This document shows positions 58,528 to 64,000 of a DNA stretch of 64,000 bases, piece by piece. Made by a program: the position numbers and the translations under genes. Where the stretch lies: assembly GCF_009914755.1 (NCBI RefSeq), contig NC_060926.1. One strand, 5' to 3'. The notes under the pieces were generated by a model that was given only the letters and a program-made list of their open reading frames with translations, searched no databases and was not told the origin of the DNA. Position 1 is the first letter of the stretch. Each line of letters starts with the position of its first letter. Source of the DNA: the human T2T-CHM13v2.0 reference genome, Homo sapiens.

Positions 58528-61419
58528 CTGAGAGATGGAGAGAGGTGAGGAAGGGGCTGGGTGGCCCCACAAAGCCTCCCCGGCCACCTGCTCACATCCC
58601 TCGGGCAGCAAGGGCTCTGGAAGGGCCACCCCAGCTGGAATGTCATTGAGAAGTCTCTGCTGGGGCCTCTGCCACCCGGGGATGGGCACTGGCCTCCACT
58701 GCAGAGGCTCTTCCTTCTACGTGAGGCTGCAGCTTCTGCACAGCGCCTGGCTCTGACTTGGGTCTCCCTGATTTCCTACTAAGAGCCTTCACCCCCTTCC
58801 CCGTTGAGGCCAGTCCCCCAGAAAGGGCTGTTTGGGGGCTACCCATCCCCAGCCCCTGACCCTTGGGCATCCTGGCCTGGTCCTGTCTGCACTGCTCTGG
58901 CACAGGGGAGTGTAACTGGTCTGGGTGGGTGGGGGGCTGCCCATGGAGACCCCAGCCCTGGGAGGAGTGTGGCCCCTTGGCAGGCTCAGGGTCCAGTCTT
59001 TGCCCCCTTTTCAGGACAAGCTCGGAGCTGGGACCACGTGGTATGGGCATTGCTGCCCTGGGCAGTCGGCAGTGGGGCCTCCACATTTTCCAGCAAGACA
59101 GTGGGGACTAGAGCTCACAGCAAAGATGCTTCAGAGACGAGATGGGCCATTGACTCGGATGTGGACAGACACGGGGCCCCCGACCCTGGGCTCCCAAGAC
59201 AAGGACCTCCTGAAACATATGCCTGCCAGGGTCAGGGCTTCGGATACCCGCATGGCAACGTGGGGGTCGCGGCTCTTCCGCCAGGCGGAGGCACCAACAC
59301 AGGCGCTTAAGATCCAGGCCCGAGATGCCATGCAATGGGGTGATTTTCCCGGCTCACCCACAGGTCCCATGCCACAGGGTTCCCCAAACATGGCGCCAGC
59401 CCCACACTGTCAGACCCAGTGCACTGTCACTCAGTTCCGTCTCAGGCCTGGGCACGGCCCCCCAGCGAGGTGACACAGAGACCAGGCCCTGGTTGCCACA
59501 GCTGCGGTCCCTCTGCTTCCTGGGACAGGCGGCCTCCGTGGCAGGCGGTGGTGATGACTCAAGGAGCAACCAGCTCAGAGGAGGAGGGGGCTGCTGCCCT
59601 CGTGTCCCTGCAGCCAGGCTGGCCCACGGCGTGCTGGCTGGACACCAGAGGTGGGTGGGTCTGTCATGTGACCAGGACCAACTCCTAGTGCCAACCTCAC
59701 TGGGCACCCTCCCAGGGGACGAGTGAGGGGTTTGAAGTGACCTTGAGGCCACCCAGGGTGTCCCTGTTCCCTCTGTGCCCATGGCCTCCCGGCTGACAAG
59801 CGCTCGCCTCCTTCACCTGCGTGCCTGTCCCCCAGCTTCCTGGTGGTGTTCCCAGAGGTGGCAGGGGCGAGGGCCAGCTACACAAGGGGCTGCTGAGGTG
59901 AGCCCCCTCTCTGAGACCGCCCTTGTCTGCCGGCCGGCCAGGGGAAGCTCCCTGCATAGGCGTGTGCAGGGTGGGCCCGGGGAATCTTCCAGCCACTCCA
60001 GAGTGGATTTTGACCAAGGAGGGCTGTGGGGTAGTGTGACTCTCAGGGCCAGCGGGCAGCCAGGCCAGGGCACTCAGAGACCTGCCTGAATGGAGGAAGA
60101 TGGGCTTCTGGCATCAGGGCCAAGAGGGCTCCTGGGAGGCAGCCTGGGACAGGGTGGGCTGCAGCCCTTACTGGGCCTAGGCTGGGGCTGGGTGGACTCG
60201 GCACAGAGCAGGGGAAATGCCTTGCCCTCTGGGTTTCTGGGAATGCAGTGGGGACCCAGGGGCCCCACCACCGCAGGCAGCCCCTCGGGGTCTCCATCTC
60301 CCAGGCCAGGGCTGCCATGCAGCTGTCGGGACAGACAGGCAGGTGAGGAACAGAAGTCATCACGGGTACTGTGAGCAGGGACCCTGCATGGCTAGGAAGT
60401 GCTAAGGGACCCCCCAGCTGTAGGGCGAGGTGCTGGCGACAGGACAATGGCCGCTGCGTGTCCACACCGCAATGTCCCTGGGACCATCTGTGCATTGTTC
60501 TTGTAACTGGAAACTTAGCTGCTATTTATTTGCACACATTGGTGGAGGGACCTGCTCCTGACTTGATCTGTGCTGGCGCTGACAGGCTCAACCCTTTTCC
60601 TGTCTGGCTTGCACCAGCCCTCAGCCACTGGGCCTCAAGCCAGGACCCTGGGCTCCTGTTCCGCCCCCCCCAACCCCCCTATTTTGGAATCCACCCCGGG
60701 GAGCAGGTCCAGCTGGGCCCCTCGGCCTCCCCTGCCTCCACCAACTGGCTGGGTGGGGTGGGGGCTAGACCTCGGTGTCTGCAGTTCAAGCAGCCCCCTC
60801 TCCCACCTCCCCCAGCCAGTCTCAGAGACTGGCTCCCACCCAGTGTGGGGGTGCTGGGTGGCGACCCCCACGCAGGGCCTGCCTCACCCCAGTCCTCAGG
60901 CCACCTCCTCCAGGAAGGCTTCCTGGCCTCCCTTGGCTGGTAGTGTCTACTAGGAAGGTGAATATTCAGAAGTGACCACTGGCTGGTCCTGGATCAAGTT
61001 AGATTTGGGGTGTTTCTATGGGATTCCATTGTTTCCCCAGGTGCTCCCTCTCGGATCCACGTAGGATCGTGGGTTGATGAGAGAGGGCTGTGCCCTATGC
61101 AGGGTCAGGAGGGAGACAGAGCCCATCCCGGGGCTGTGGAACAGGCCTGTGAGGTGGCGGTGGGGGTGCTCCCGCAGAGAGACCGCATTACAGGACATTG
61201 CTTTCCAGAAGCGCACAGAAGAAGGCTGCCTGCCCCGGGCGGAGGAACCTGCTGGCCCAGACCAGACCCGGCATCTCTGACCGTGGTCCCATTAGGGACA
61301 AGGAAACCGTCCCACGGGCTGTGCTGGGATGAGGACAGCGAGCTTGTCCCTAGAGGACCTGGCAGGGGTGAGGAGTGAGGTCTTCCAACTCCTCACAGTC
61401 GTGTGTGTGTGCGGAGGTG

Positions 61420-61945
61420 GGAAGGGCTGTGGGCCGAACCGTGTCCCCACAGATTCCTATGTGGAAGTCCTAACCCCATGACCTCAGAAGGCGGCCTTAT
61501 TAGGAATAGGGTGACGGCAGCTGGGACTAGGTAAGATGAGGGCACAGGGCTGGGTGGCCATTGACCAGCAGGCCTGGCTTCCTGTACAGAGTCACCCGTG
61601 CAGAGATGAAGGCAGAGCCTGGGGGATGCTTCTGAACCCAGGAACACAGAGGGTGGCCACAAAACCCCCCAGCCAGGAGAAGCTGAGCAGAGCCCTCTCG
61701 GAGCACAGGGAGCCGACCCTGTGGCCCCTCGGTCCTGCATGTCCAGCCCCCCACGGCGGGAGGACAGGCTCTGTTTTTAAGCCACAGCCGGGAGAGGCTG
61801 AGCAGAGCCCCTCAGAGCACAGGGGAGCCGACCCTGCGGAGCTCCATCCTGCACGTCCAGCCCTCAGTCGGCGAGAGGGCAGGCTCTGTTTAAAAGCCAC
61901 TCGGTCGGCGGAGCTTTGTCATGGCAGCTCCAGCCGCCCAGTCCC
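61420..61945. mobile_element. MLT1-like LTR in PDCD1 intron 1 with an internal ~120-bp duplication
   Basis: gtgtccccacagattcctatgtggaagtcctaacccc...; gctgagcagagccc...gtccagccc...ctctgttt appears twice. Confidence 0.75.
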
Positions 61946-62100
61946 CAAAGCAAATGTGTCAATATTCTTAGTTATTGATTCTAGGTGAGGGATATTCATT
62001 GTTTTTAAACTTTTTTGTATATTTTTCAAAATAGTCGGTTTAAAATCTGACTTCAAAAGTTTGACTTTAAAAATCAGACTTTAAAAATATGTGTCATGGA

Positions 62101-62382
62101 GGCCAGATGCAGTGGCTTATGCCTGTAATCCCAGTACTTGGGGAGGCTGAGGTGGGAGGACCATTTGAGCCCAGCCTGGGGAACATAGCGAGACCCTGTC
62201 TCTAAAAAAAATGGAAGAAATTAGCCTGGCAGGGTGGCACGTGCCTATAGTCCCAGCTACTCTGGAGGCAGAGGTGGGAGAATTGCTTGAGCCCCGGAGG
62301 TCGAGTGAGCCGAGATCACACCACTGCACTCCAGCCTGGGTGACAGAGCAAGACCCTGTCACTAAAAGAAACAAACAAAAAA
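62101..62382 (+). mobile_element. Alu (AluJ-like)
   Basis: ggccagatgcagtggcttatgcctgtaatccc...cagcctgggtgacagagcaagaccctg. Confidence 0.9.
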
Positions 62383-64000
62383 GTGTCAGGGGCTGGGCTG
62401 GGTAGTTTTCACAGATGACCCGATTTAATCCTCAGGACGCAGCCTTGCCAGGAGGCGTCCTCACCCATGACCCAAAGCACACGGAGAAGTCAGTAAGGGG
62501 CCAAGTCCTGTCGAAGGCCCAGAGCTCAGCAGTGGCAGCGCTGACTGGAGCTCACAGTGGTCCCACGCCAAAGCAGAGGCTCTTATTTATGCTCCTGCCC
62601 TCGGACGGGGCCAATAAGCAGCCGGGTTGGGGATATCTCATAAAACACAAGGGAAGCACACACCTGAGGTGGGAGTGGTGGCCCCGGGAATGACCGAATG
62701 GCGAACGCAGTGAATAGATCAGGAGGGAAAAGAGGCATCCTGGAATGAAGACCACTGCGGCCGGGGTGGCCACATCTGGGTCAGGACCCACAGGACCCCA
62801 GTCATGCCCACTGCGCCTTGCTGAGTGCCCTGTGCTGTTACCAGTGGGGAAACCGAGGCATGCCACCTGTGAGAGTCTTGTCCGGCACAAGCGCGGGCAC
62901 CTGAGGCACGAGTGTCAGGCTGCGGACACCTTGCTCTTATCTTTCCCGCCTGGGTCGGGGAGGGTGGCGTCCCGAGGGCGTGCCTGAAGAGCCGGGACAC
63001 GGGGGGAGAGGCTCGGCTCCCCTCCTGCCTCCCTCAGCTCCCCCTCCCCTGTGACGAGCGCCCCTCTGCCCTCTGGTTCCCCCGCAGTCGTCTCCCTGGG
63101 ATGCCTTTTGGCCCTTTGCTCTTTGCCTTTTGCCCAGAATCTCCAGTTCTGAGTCCTGAGTGACCCACGGGCCAACCTTAAGAGGTGGCGCTGAGGCAGG
63201 AAGGCACGGCCCTGACAAGGATGCTGCCTCAGGTGCCGGGGAGCAGGCCCCGGGAGAGGGGCCGAGGTGGGGAACCCCCAGTCGCCTGCCACAGTGAAGG
63301 GGCACCAGGACCCCCGGGGCAGGAGCCTCGAGGGGGTGTCAGGGCGGCCCCAGGGGTGCCCCTCATCTTGTCCTCCCAGTGGTGTCACACCCCGGTACCC
63401 AGCAGGGCCCAGAGGGACTGTCTTAGGCTTGGCCTGGGTGAAACCACCCTCCCCAGGCCTTGGCATCCCCAGGTGCAGGCTGGCTGGGCACAGAGGGCCA
63501 GCCGGGCACAGAGGGTCCAGGAGCGGGCTGTGGTCACAGTGTACACAGAGGGCCCAGGGTCACGGGCAGCCCAGGAAGAGGCTCCCTCTCTCCTCGATCC
63601 GGGAGAGTGAGGCCAAGGCCTCCCCCACGGATGGTCTGAACAGGGCTCGGGGAGAGCCCTGGAATCTGGGCAGAGACCCAGGCGGGCACAATCCCCACCC
63701 AGGAGGGATCCTGGAGACAGAAGAACTGTCCTCACTCGAACAGGTACACTTTGGATATAATGAGAAAAATATCACCAGCTCATCTAAACTTTGACGTCGT
63801 AAAGCCAAGGTTAGTCCCACATGGGGCTCATCCCATCCTTAGGAAAACTCGAGTGAGGACCAAGGATGCCTGGGCAAGGCAGAGCCGCCACGCAGACTCC
63901 CCACGGCCAAGGTTTGGGGTTCTGGCCAGCCTGACCCGTCATTCTACAGAAACACGCAGCCCCAAGGACCGGCTGAGAGGGGACAGAGGTCCTGCCTGCC

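Noticed and set aside
58528-64000. Numerous 60-190-aa ORFs in PDCD1 intron 1, and a search for exon 1
   Set aside because: Chance GC-rich ORFs; the MQIPQAPW signal-peptide exon is not present in the window

Overview
Human (or great-ape) subtelomeric DNA matching chr2q37.3, identified from recognised protein sequences. It contains GAL3ST2 exons 2-4 (+), the complete NEU4 coding region (+, short and long N-terminal isoforms), a repeat-dense intergenic block, and PDCD1/PD-1 exons 2-5 with the 3'UTR (-; exon 1 lies beyond the right edge). Most long ORFs in the track are artefacts of VNTRs, simple repeats or GC-rich antisense frames. I see no evidence for a new protein-coding system. The most notable unexplained structures are: (1) a ~420-bp, ~98%-identical patch shared by two otherwise diverged ERV1 LTRs 32.7 kb apart that bracket NEU4, probably from interlocus gene conversion; (2) an L1PA insertion carrying a ~0.9-kb 3' transduction; (3) an 88-bp inverted repeat in the NEU4 5' region; (4) a 50-bp CpG-rich VNTR apparently born from a decayed L1 just downstream of PDCD1; (5) orphan promoter-like CpG elements between NEU4 and PDCD1. 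Repeat subfamily calls and some repeat boundaries are by eye and approximate.
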